Below are positions 25,601 through 38,100 of a DNA stretch of 64,000 bases, piece after piece. The first letter of the stretch is position 1, and each line of letters starts with the position of its first letter. The position numbers were made by a program, and so were the translations under genes. The stretch is from Octopus sinensis (taxonomy: Eukaryota): assembly GCF_006345805.1 (NCBI RefSeq), contig NC_043023.1, forward strand, positions 5,518,001 through 5,582,000. Reading direction: 5' to 3'. Under the pieces are notes generated by a model. That model was not told the origin of the DNA. It did no database searches and was given only the letters and a program-made list of their open reading frames with translations.

Positions 25601-25986
25601 CTAGCAGTATTGCCCGGCGTTGCTCGGGTTTGTAAGGGAAATAACTATATAAGCATTTTTAGAGAGTTGTAGTCAAAAAATAGCAAAAAAATGCATTAAA
25701 ATTGGAAAAAAATGATGGTAATTTTTTTTTTAAATCGTTGACTCATCGTAGACATTTTTAGAGAGTTACCTCCCTTATATAATAGCGAAAAAATGCATTA
25801 AAATTGGAAAAATTGATGGTAAATTATTTTTTAAATCGTAGACACGCACTAATACCCAGAAGGGCTCGATATGAATCACGACTATAAGATACCCAGTTTT
25901 AGTTAAACTGCACCGCAAAATGTGGGTGTAGTTAGGAATCTAAATCGTAGGAGACAGACACACAACCTTACTTTTATATATAAAGA
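25601..25986 (-). mobile_element. Complete short Helitron, same family (3'-truncated plus-strand copies start at 1584 and 28800)
   Basis: Reverse complement shows a TC start, subterminal hairpin and CTAG end. Confidence 0.85.
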
Positions 25987-27292
25987 TAAGGTTTCCAAGA
26001 TTGGTAGAAGGGAGGGAAAGTGTCTCTCAAACTGAAGACTTGGTCTTGGTAAAAAAACTTCTCTGAAAATACAAGAAAAATAAAAAGGCTATAAGGAGTC
26101 GTATGGGATGCCTAAACCAAAATTTTGCCTTTTCTTTATAGATTCTTGAAAGGATGAAAGACAAAGTTGACCTTCGCAGGATTTGAACTCGGCATACTGA
26201 GGGAACAAATCCTGCATGACATTTTATTGGATCGAGATAATTTACCTCATTGTTTATCATTAAGGTAGGCCATGGAGGGATTTGAATTTGGAACATTAAA
26301 AAGCAGAACTAAATAATCTTTTCTACTTTGGTTACGAGGCCTGAAATTTTCAGGAAGGGGGCAGATCAATTATATGGACCCTATTGCTTAACTCAGTGGT
26401 TCTCAACCAGGGTCCATATAAGGTGTTGTTAAAATTTATCTGCAATAAATTGCTTGGCTCAGTGGTTAGAGTGTCAGGCTTGCAATCATGAGGTAGTGAT
26501 TTCGATTCTTGGACTGGGCTGTGTTGAGCAAGACACTTTATTTCACATTGCTCCAGTTCACTCGGCTGTAGAAATTAGATGCAACTTCTCTGGCGCCAAG
26601 CTGTATTGACCTTTGCCTTTCCTTTGGATAACATTAGTGGCATGTAGAAGGGAGGCTTGTATGTATGTTTGTTCCTTCTCGAGCCATGCCTGGCTCATAA
26701 GGGCCGGTTACCCGGTCTCTTGGCATATAGGTTCCCCACCTGGACAGGACACCGGTCTGTCGCAGGTGAGCTGCAAGATGCAGGAGAAAAGAGTGAGAGG
26801 AAGTTGTGGCATAAGAGTCAGCAGAATTTCGCCATTACCTTCTGCCGGAGCCTCGTGGAGCTTACGTGTTTCGATCATAAACACACACATCGCCTGGTCT
26901 GTGATTTTAACCCGCGATCCCTCGACCACGAGTTTGCTGCTCTACACACTAGACCATGTGCCTCCACCTAGTATGTATGAGCAACTGCTGGTCTTCCATA
27001 ACCAACCTTGCACAGACTTGTGCCTCAGAAAGGAACTTTCTAGGTGCCACCCCATGATCATACATGATTGAAGGAGGTCTTTACTCTTTACTTCTACAAT
27101 GCACAAAATATTAAAATTTTTTTTAAAATGCACAGGTGCGGCTGTGTGGTAAGAAGCTTGCTCCCTAACCACATGGTTCCAGGTTCAGTCCCATTGCATG
27201 GAATCTTGGGCAAATGTCTTCCACTATAGCTTCAGGCCAACCAAAGCCTTGTAGACAGAAACTGAAAGAAGCACATCATGTATATATATATC

Positions 27293-27680
27293 GCAGGAGT
27301 GGCTGTGTGGTAAGTAGCTTGTTTACCAACCACATGGTTCCGGGTTCAGTCCCACTGCGTGGCACCTTGGACAAGTGTCTTCTACTATAGCATCAGGCCA
27401 ACCAAAGCCTTGTGAGTGGATTTGGTAGACAGAAACTGAAAGAAGCCTGTCGTATATGTGTATATATATGTATGTGGGTGTATGTGTTTGTCCCTCTAGC
27501 ATTGCTTGACAACCGATGCTGGTGTGTTTACGTCCCCGTTACTTAGCGGTTCGGCAAAAGAGACCAATAAAATAAGTACTGGGCTTACAAAAGAATAAGT
27601 CCCGGGGTCGATTTGCTCGACTAAAGGCGGTGTTCCAGCATGGCCTCAGTCAAATGACTGAAACAAGTAAAAGAGTAAAG
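27293..27680 (+). mobile_element. Full-length copy of the dominant tRNA-derived octopus SINE
   Basis: ggagtggctgtgtggtaag (A box)..gggttcagtccc (B box)..ggcaccttggacaagtgtc..tail agtaaaagag. Other copies, often partial: 150-470(+), 2641-2810(+), 6668-6853(-), 9068-9410(-), 9880-10258(-), 19935-20225(+), 34240-34460(-), 36060-36400(-), 52555-52710(-), 61685-62135(-), 63150-63527(-). Subfamily name (OR/OK) not assigned. Confidence 0.85.
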
Positions 27681-30177
27681 AGTATATATATATATAGCAG
27701 CAACAACAACAGCTATAATAGGCAGGACACCAATTCCACGCATCCAAAGAAATACATTGGGTGCATGGGAACTTCCTTTAAGAAACATCTCTCCACCATA
27801 GATCCTCCTTCGGAGGGTCATTTATTCACATTATTTTTCAATTTGTCACCCATTTTAATAACAAATCCTGCATGACATTTTATTGGATCCAGATAATTTA
27901 CCTCATTGTTTATCATTAAGGTAGGCCATGGTGTGATTTGAACTTGGAACATTAAAAAGAACTGCTGACTCTTATGCCACAACTTGCTCTCTCTCTTTCC
28001 TCCTGCATCTTGCAGCTCACCCGCGACGGACTGGTGTCCCGTCCAGGTGGGGAACCTATACGCCAAGAGACCGGGAAACCGGCCCTTATGAGCCAGGCAT
28101 GGCTCGAGAAGGAACAAACATACATACAAGCCTCCCTTCTACATGCCACTAATGTTATCCAAAGGAAAGGCAAAGGTCAATACAGCTTGGCGCCAGAGAA
28201 GTTGCATCTAATTTCTACAGCCGAGTGAACTGGAGCAATGTGAAATAAAGTGTCTTGCTCAACACAGCCCAGTCCAAGAATCGAAATCACTACCTCATGA
28301 TTGCAAGCCTGACACTCTAACCACTGAGCAGAGCAATTTATTGCAGATAAATTTTAACAACACCTTATATGGACCCTGGTTGAGAACCACTGAGTTAAGC
28401 AATAGGGTCCATATAATTGATCTGCCCCCTTCCTGAAAATTTCAGGCCTCGTAACCAAAGTAGAAAAGATTATTTAGTTCTGCTTTTTAATGTTCCAAAT
28501 TCAAATCCCTCCATGGCCTACCTTAATGATAAACAATGAGGTAAATTATCTCGATCCAATAAAATGTCATGCAGGATTTGTTCCCTCAGTACGCCGAGTT
28601 CAAATCCTGCGAAGGTCAACTTTGTCTTTCATCCTTTCAAGAATCTATAAAGAAAAGGCAAAATTTTGGTTTAGGCATCCCATAAAACTCCTTATAGCCT
28701 TTTTATTTTTCTTGTATTTTCAGAGAAGTTTTTTTACCAAGACCAAGTCTTCAGTTTGAGAGACACTTTCCCTCCCTTCTACCAATCTTGGAAACCTTAT
28801 CTTTATATATAAAAGTGAAGTTGTGTGTCTGTCTCCTATGATTTAGATTCCTAACTACACCCACATTTTGCGGTGCAGTTTAACTAAAACTGGGTATCTT
28901 ATAGTCGTGATTCATATCGAGCCCTTCTGGGTATTAGTGCGTGTCTACGACTTTAAAAATAATTTACCATCAATTTTTCCCATTTTAATGCATTTTTTCG
29001 CTATTATATAAGGGAAGTAACTCTCTAAAAATGTCTACGACGAGTCAACGATATTTTAAAAAATTTTCTTTTTGCATAACTGTATGAATTCTTGTATGTA
29101 GAACACGAATTCATAAAAATTTTCTGAAAAAAGTTAGAGGTTATATGGAGCTTAAACCAAAAATCTGCCTTTTTTTTGTGTTGACCCTCACCCAAAGAAT
29201 GAATGGTAAAGTTGACCTTGGCTGGATTTGAACACAAAGTATAGTGATTTGGAACAAATACCGACCAGGGATCTCATCCAATGCTCATCTCTAGTCATGG
29301 CCAAACTGCAGCCCATGGGTCCTTCTGAATAGCACCCCTAATAAAAAATTACGTTCAATATATTAAATGTGGAGGCACAATGGCCCAGTTGTTAGGGCAG
29401 CGGACTCGCGGTCTGAGGATTGCGGTTTCGATTTCCAGACCGGGCGTTGTGTGTGTTTATTGAGCGAAAACACCTAAAAGTTCCACAAGACTCCGGCAGG
29501 GGGGGGTGATTCCTGCTGTACTCTTTCACCACTCTTTCTTCTGTTGGCCTGCTCGCTTAGCCAGCTGGGTGGCGTCATTCGAAGGCTAAAGCAATGTGAA
29601 CGCATTGTTACCAGCGATGTGTAACAACATCTGATGGTCTAATCGGTCACGTGCTTATGAAAAAAATCCTTGCCAACCATGACTAGCCTCACATTTTGAG
29701 GGAGGTGTTGGGGGGGTGGTCTTTTCTGTTTCACTTTCACTTTTCAATTCCAATGGTTTTGTTCTAGTTGATTTCAAATTGGTCTATTGATGTAATTTTG
29801 TATGCTAGTCATGGAAATGAAATCTATTTCTGCCTTAAATTAATAAATATAGGTGTAGGCATGGCTGTGTGGTAAGAAGCTTGCTTCCCAAACACATGGT
29901 TCCAGGTTCAGTTCCATTGTGTAGCACCTTGGGAAAGTGTCTCTACTATAGCCTCGGGCCAACTAAAGTCTTGTGAGTGGATTTGGTAGATGTAAACTGA
30001 AAGAATCCAGCTTGTATGTATGTATACACCACCTGTCTTCGTCTTTTGTTTTTTTCGTAAACTCTCCCTATATATATAAAAACGGTAAGATAATAAAAGA
30101 AAGAAAGAGACCTCGATATTATGTAAATAGAGGAATTTATCTGTAAATGTAATATGTGACAATTATTCGGTAGTCAA

Positions 30178-30238
30178 GATAAAACTCCAAGTTTCGGATG
30201 CCGAGGTGGAAATCCATGCCACTATCTCTTAAGTTATC
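30178..30238 (-). ncRNA. Hammerhead motif in copy 2 with core mutation CUUAAGA (G5 to U), predicted inactive
   Basis: Plus strand tctcttaagttatcc vs tctcttcagttatcc in copy 1 (position 30231). Confidence 0.55.
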
Positions 30239-30604
30239 CGGCCATCGGGAAAATGCTATGAAAAATGACCGTTACACAAAGGGAAATTACTGTCTTATTA
30301 ACCGCTATTAAGACAAAAGCACTATTCAAATGACTGCTAAATAAGGTTTGGGGATAAAAAGTTCATAGTATTCGCGTAAGCACACCCGTTTAGACCTACA
30401 CATGTGCGCCCACACACCCATGTCTGTATGCATACATTTATCCACCCTCACTAGAAAAACGTACACATCTTCACTTACATCCTTCATCAAATGTATATGC
30501 ATATAGGTACAAACCCACACACACATGTGGTCATTCGAATAGCACTTTTGTCTTAATAGCGGTCAATAACACAGTCATTTTTCATAGCGTTTTTTCGATG
30601 GCCG

Positions 30605-30665
30605 GATAACTGAAGAGATGGTGGCATGGATTTCCACCTCGGCATCTGAAACCTGGAGTTTTATC
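30605..30665 (+). ncRNA. Hammerhead motif, inverted arm of copy 2, core intact
   Basis: GATAA CTGAAGA ... CATCT GAAA C CTGGA G TT TTATC. Confidence 0.6.
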
Positions 30666-30911
30666 TTGGCTACCAAATAATTGTCACATATTACATTTAC
30701 AGATATGTGGCTTTCTGCTGAAGAGGCAACACCAGTCGTAAATAAATTTATTTTATTTACAAAAGATTGCCAAAACTATGCATAGTCCAGAAAGGAGAGT
30801 GTAAACGTTTTTATTTCTCTTTCCATTTCAGAATTACAACTATTAGTGGTTTGGAGTTTAACTGCTCTTTCTAGTGAGTCGGATGTCCTATTATGGCCAT
30901 CCCTTATATGT

Positions 30912-30965
<54 letters not shown>

Positions 30966-32382
30966 AAATGTGTTGTTGAAAAGGCACATAAATTCAAAAA
31001 CACGTAATTGTTTAAAATACATTTATTTTCAACGATTAGAATTATTTACTTTAATAAAATAAAATAATTTATTTCGAAAGGTTAACCCTTTAGCGTTCGA
31101 ATTAATATGTCATAAGTAATCCTTATTCATTTACATTTTAAAAAATTAATCTGGTATTATCTTGTAGCTTCAAGATTTGAAAGATGTAATTGTTTATTTT
31201 TAGAATGACATGAAAGTGGTAGGGTTGTGGGATGTTGTCTCACAGTTGCTGACATTAAATTTAATTTCTCTTCCTGACCATTGTCTTTAGTAGCTGCCAT
31301 GATTGGGATCATGGTTCTAGCGTTCCGCTCCCTAACTCATGGTAGCTGTCTCTGACTTGGTTGAGTTGTCACGAGCCAACTGACTAACTGTCTTTTTGCT
31401 TGAGGTTCTTGCTTTTATAACTATCCAGGATAGACCTATCGTTGAGAACAACGTGCTTTGTTGGTGGTACTGTGATATCTCTATTCTAGCTTTTGGTGAA
31501 GTAGAAGAGGTTAGAAAGGGTCAAGTGGTGAAGACATTATTTTGGCCTAGCTAAAGGCATCTGGAAAATGTAAAACTGCTGTCAGAGAGAAACCATTGTT
31601 CCATCATCATCATCACCATCATATAACGTCCGTTTTCCATGCTAGCATGGGTTGGACAGTTCAACCAGGGTCCAGGAAGCCAGGAGGCTGCACCAGGCTC
31701 CAGTCTGATCTGGCAGTGTTTCTACAGCTGGATGCCCTTCCTAACAACAACCACTCCGTGAGTGTAGTGGGTGTTTTTATGTGCCACTGGCACAGGGCCA
31801 AATGAGGCCGGCAACGGCCACAATTGGTTGGTGTTTTTTACGTGCCACCAGTACAGAAGCCAGTCAAGGATGACTGTGGTACTGCTACGCCAGCCATTGG
31901 GTATGACTCCATCATGAGCTACCTGGTTTACAATTTGGGTGACCAGACAATAGCCCACGCCACAAGATGTTTTAAGCATCTCAGCAGTGAATCCTGATGG
32001 CCTCATCTGATTTTTGATTTGTTAAAATACTAAATACTGGTGACTTTTTTTCGGTGGTCAAGCTTGTCGTTCTGCTTGATTGGCTTCCCTGTGGAAGTTA
32101 AGCTAGTTTGACCTATGTAGTCCCCACCACACCCTCCACATTTGAGAAAATAGATTAAGTTCTTCAAAGCACATTATGGTAAAAATTTGACTCAATTTAA
32201 ATTTGTATGTTGAGCCCTCAAAGGGTAAGATGCAAGTTCCACAGTTGGGGCCGTTGTACTTTTTGACTTGTAATTTTTTTTCAAGTTCTTGGAGTCGCTT
32301 TTCTCAGGTTTTAGGGATTTGATGCCATCGTGCAAATTATGGGGCACAAAAGAAAAAGCACCAACCAATCCTTTCTTGCATG

Positions 32383-32540
32383 CTATACCAATTTTTTCGA
32401 GATTTTCCATAGGCTAATTATGATGAGAGCAAAAAGCATGACTCCAGCAAAGAAGAATATGCAAAGGCTTATTGCTATACGCTCGCCATTGCTGAGTCCT
32501 TCTGATGTAGCAACTTTAAAATCTTTTGTTCTTTCATTAT
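32383..32540 (-). CDS. Copy 2 stalk, transmembrane and tail exon ending KISKKLV*
   Basis: ttttttgcag| acceptor in phase 1; hydrophobic run IAISLCIFFFAGVMLFALIIISLW followed by basic residues and a stop. Confidence 0.85.
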
Positions 32541-33146
32541 CTGCAAAAAATGAAATGTAAAGCATATATCTTTTGTTTTTGATAAAAAAAAAAATTGTAA
32601 TATTTAGCCACATACCGAAGTTTAGAAATAGCAGCCATAGAACCTTAGCTATTTCTTCTACTCTGGTATCCTTATCCCGTCCATACATTTGATTTTGCCT
32701 CTCTTCAAGACTAACAAACCACACTTCCTCAGTCCGAACTCCATTCTGATATCAGCACTGAAGGTAAATACTGTATCAACGAGGGAACTGACTTGGCTTC
32801 ATAAAGTTTGAGGTCATCCATGAATAACAAATGGTTGACTTTTTGTTGGTGGCTTTCGAATACACACCCAGCTTTTGCTTTCCTCAGAATCAGTGTTAGT
32901 GGTATCAAGCACAGTACAAAGATCAGTGGGGACAGACAGTCCGTTTGGAAGATGCCCCTCCTGATATCTACTGTCTGTAAACTTCTTCCATATGCTATCA
33001 GGTTCGTCCTCCCATTTGCCATACTTTTTCCAAGCAATCGCTCAACATTTGATGCAACGCTTCTGCTCACATGGCAGGACTCCATTTTTTCTTTTCCAGA
33101 TGTTTGTACATTGACTCTGCAAGTATTCCAGTCAATAATTTCCACA

Positions 33147-33179
<33 letters not shown>

Positions 33180-35096
33180 GGCGGTGAGCTGGTAGAATTG
33201 TTAGCACACTGCACAAGATGCATTTTGTTCATTGCTATGTTCCGAGTTCAAATTCTGCCGAGGTTGACTTTGCCTTTAATACTTTCAAGGTCAATAAAAT
33301 AAGTACCAGTTGAACACTGGGGTCGATGTAATCAACTCATTCCTACCTCCTCTAAGCTGCTCTTGTGGAATAATTTGAAATAAAAATACTAATTATAATC
33401 ATTATTATTATGAACTTGAGGTTGTTTCCTGGCAGAATTGTTACTGCACCAGAAAATATATTCAATAGTACCAGCCAAATAGACTCAAATTGATGTAATC
33501 AAGGAACCTGAAACTGATGACTGTGCATGAATTAGAAAGAATTATTATTGTTATTATTAGCAGAAGTCACTTCCTTACCTTCTTTCCCAAGAGTAATAGT
33601 TGCATTACAGGAGTTCTTGTCATAGAATCTCCAAAACAAATCCTCTCTCGTTATATTCTCGATGTAGAGAGTAGAAGTTCTATGAATCTGCCTAACTGCA
33701 TATGTGTCATTCTCGCAATATTCCTTATTGCACTCGATACTACGGACCTTATTTCTCCAGACCACAGGCCTTTCCATATAGGGCATATCTTTAACATAAA
33801 GAGAGATACTTTGTCCGAGCACAGGGTTTCCTGCAATAAATATATGAATCACTATTATTGACTAGTTTCCCGTATGAAAGATTTCAGGATTCATTTTTAT
33901 CATCATCATTGTTTCAACACCTACTTTTACATATCTGGAATCAGAGTTTTCTTTATATAAAGATTTGAGACACTTCCTCTCATGATATCACAGGTGATTG
34001 TATAACAAAGAGCCAGGACATTAAATAATGACGGTCATGGTAGGTGAACTTCAAGTAAAATTGTATGAGTTAAGAGAAAAAAATAAAAAAACAGAACTGA
34101 AAAGATAGTGTCTAGTTTAAGATGAGAAAAAGGTACTCCACTTACCTTTCAAAATACCTATTTTGTACTCTTTTTTACATTGCCAACCTATTCAAATAGA
34201 AAACAAAAATATTTTCAGATTTTAAATTTTTGATTACTCTTTACTCTTTTACTTGTTTCAGTCATTTGACTGCGGCCATGCTGGAGCACCGCATTTAGTC
34301 GAGCAAATCACCCCCGGGACTTATTCTTTGTAAGCCCAGTACTTATTCTATCGGTCTATTTTGCCAAACCGCTAATTAACGGGGACGTAAACACACCAGC
34401 ATCAGTTGTCAAGCAATGCTAGGGAGACAAACACAGACACACAAACATATACACACACATACATATATATATATAATATATATATACAAATTGAGATAGG
34501 GGTTGTAAATGAAACCCTCCATGTGATAACATATATCCAATATACTGCTAGTGAAGTACCCAACAAAGTTAATACATAAATGTTAAGAATTGCGATGCAA
34601 TTAATTCATTTACTGTATTATATGGGCAAAGGTAAAATGTTTTACCACAAATTAATAATACAAAATAAGAAAATGGAGAAATACATCCAAATCAATTATC
34701 AACTACCAGATAATACCCAATCACATACTTTATTAAACCACTACATAAGAACATTAAGGTCAAACATAATAATATAGAACAAAACAGTGTACATGAAGGA
34801 GTAATATGATACAATAAGTATAATATGTATAAGAGGATATAAATAAATATAAATATACACTGCATCTTACAGCTGTTTCGGCCATGCAGTTAATGGTGTC
34901 TCATTTTACTTATATTATCCATGTGTGATAGGTCAATATGTAGTTATAAATGAGACATTTACAAAAATATCCCAAGGCCTCTTCAGAAATTGTGAAATAC
35001 AAACCAAATTAAATCTACACCCATATAAGTGTGCGTACATACCCATAATATATCATGTACACATACATATGAGTGCATATACTCATACTCCTATAC

Positions 35097-35185
<89 letters not shown>

Positions 35186-38100
35186 ACATAGATATACATA
35201 ATAATATAAATAATATAAATCAATAAACATACATATGTTCCATATTCAATGTTACAGTTTTTCAACTTAATATTATGATATTACAATGTAGAAAACATAC
35301 ACATATTAATACCCAAATGCAGATATACAGAGTCAAGAGTACATTATATTAATTTATATTTATTTCCAAAATGTTATTAACGTTAACAATGTTAACATCA
35401 TTACCATTATCATTACCACTAATGCTACCAATATCATTATTCTTATTATTAATAACACTAATACTAGCAAAACAACATATAGATCACATTATTAGCAATA
35501 TAATAGCAAAACCAAGGACCACAATAGTATTACAGTACCATGCAAAGCATTAAATATCTGCATATACATACAAAATAAGAAATAAAAGCATATGGTTTAC
35601 ATGATATTAAGTTCCACAGGTGTACAAATGTACATATGACTGCAATTTATAACTTCAACTGTTACAGAAAAACAGTATTACGTTCAGAAATAGTTAAGAA
35701 TCGAACGCTAAAATATGATTGGCTTGTACATTTAAATTTAAATTACAATTGTCTTCTTTACGGTTGGTTTGTTAAGAAACATCCACACACGCATATTTGC
35801 AAACGTAAGCCTAAACGCACATACACAGACAAATCACAACACAAGAGATACCAGCTCACACACACACACATGCTTACATACAAATCTACACATATGTGTA
35901 GGTGGACAATAACGAAAAGGAGTGGGCTGAGGACTGAGCCTTGTTGAGCACTTACCTGTACACCAGATTCTTAGTTATACCTGTGGGTAACTCATGCAGA
36001 CAGAGATATACATTAAATACAGTGACATAAGGCATTGAGGCTCTATGTTTAAACACTATTCTTTTACTTGTTTCAGTCATTTGACTGCAGCCATGCTGGA
36101 GCACCACCTTTAGTCGAACAAATAGACCCCAGGACTTATTCTTTGTAAGCCTAGTACTTATTCTATCAGTCTCTTTTGCCGAACCACTAAGTTACGAGGA
36201 CATGCCAGCATCGGTTGCCAAGCGATGTTGTGGGGACAAACACAGACACACAAACACACACATACATATATACGATGGGATTCTTTCAGTTTCCATCCAC
36301 CAAATCCATTCACAAGACTGTGGTCAGCCCAAAGCTATAGTAGAAGACACTTGCCCAAGGTGCCATGCAGTGGGACTGAACCTGGAACCATGTGGTTTGT
36401 GCATGACTTTGTGCATGAATTAGAAAGAATTATCTCTTATTATAAAAGGCAGATTTTATCTGCCTCCCTTTGGGAGTTATACAAATCTACAATATAGGAT
36501 TTCTTCAATTACAATTTACCTTGCATTTTTGAGAGTACAATGCATCGCGTCATGCCAGGTCCAGTTTTTAAAATTTAAACTCCAATTAAGCAAAATTTAC
36601 AGAAAACTCACATTCTGGTGTGTGTGTCAAATGCTTTTCTTAGTCTGGTTTACAGCACACGCAAACGCACACACACAGTGGGCAACGAATAAAATGAAAG
36701 TAATTGACTTACTGTAGTGAGTGATTCTTTCACTCTGCCTCCCACTTCCTCTTTCAACACATAGACACGCAAATATATAAATAAAATTGTAAGCTAACGT
36801 GCGTGTGTGTGAGTGGGTGTGTGTGGGTGTGCGCGTGTGTGTGTGTGAGGGTGCGTGTGTGTGTGTGTGTGTGTGCGTGAGTGTGTGACAGGAAAGTTTT
36901 TTACGACGAATATAACACCTATATCCAAGTAGCAGAAAGATAAGACAGTAAGGTGTGATTTGAGGGAGATTTGGCTGCTATTTCTACCATGTCTAGCTGC
37001 CATGTAGGGGTCTCCCTCATAGGCTCATACATACATATATACATAGATAAGACAGTAAGGTGTGATTTGGGGGAGATTTGGCTGCTATTTCTACCAGGTC
37101 TAGCTGCCATGTAGGGGTCTCCCTCATAGGCTCATACATACATATATACATAGATAAGACAGTAAGGTGTGATTTGGGGGAAATTTGGCTGCTATTTCTT
37201 CCAGGTCTACCTGCCATGTAGGGGTCTCCCTCATAGGCTCATACATACATATATACATAGATAAGACAGTAAGGTGTGATTTGGGGGAAATTTGGCTGCT
37301 ATTTCTACCAGGTCTAGCTACCATGTAGAGGTCCCCCTCATTGGCTCATACATACATATATACATAGATAAGACAGTAAGGTGTGATTTGAGGGAGATTT
37401 GGCTGCTGTTTCTACCAGGTCTGTTAGGCCTTCTCATGTAAACTCAAGCTTTCTCATGCCTTGAACATAAGACCAAAGCAGAGAATGTATTCTTTTATTC
37501 TTCTGCTTTTTCCAGCCATTGGTCTGTGGCCATGCTGGGGCAATGCCTTGAAGAATTGTAGTTTAATGAATCAACTCGTTTTATTTTTGTAAGCATTGTA
37601 CTTATTCTATCTGTTTCCTTTGTCAAACCACTAGGTGACAGGGATGTAAACAAACCAACATTCGTTGTCAAGCAGTGGTGGAGGACAATCACAAGCACAG
37701 ACACGCACACACACACACATACATGCATACACATATACACACATACATACATACATACATATATATATATGTGTGTATATATATATTTTCGTCGCTTTGA
37801 GACCGCGACCTGTTCACTGACAAAAATATCGTGCTAACAGGTCGCGGTCTCAAAGCGATGAAAATATTTTGACAAATTAAATTTAAATGTTGAAGTGAAT
37901 CTAACGGTTTTTGTGTGTTTCTTAAATGGCTTATAAACACCTTCAACGCTGCAACTGTTTTCGTTCCAGCACACGGTCTCAGATCAAGTCACTTGCTATG
38001 CAAGTATATCTCTGTAACTATATATATATTTATATATATATATATATGTATATTGGTAAAAACAGTAAGATAACAAAAGAAAGAAAGAGACCTCAATATT

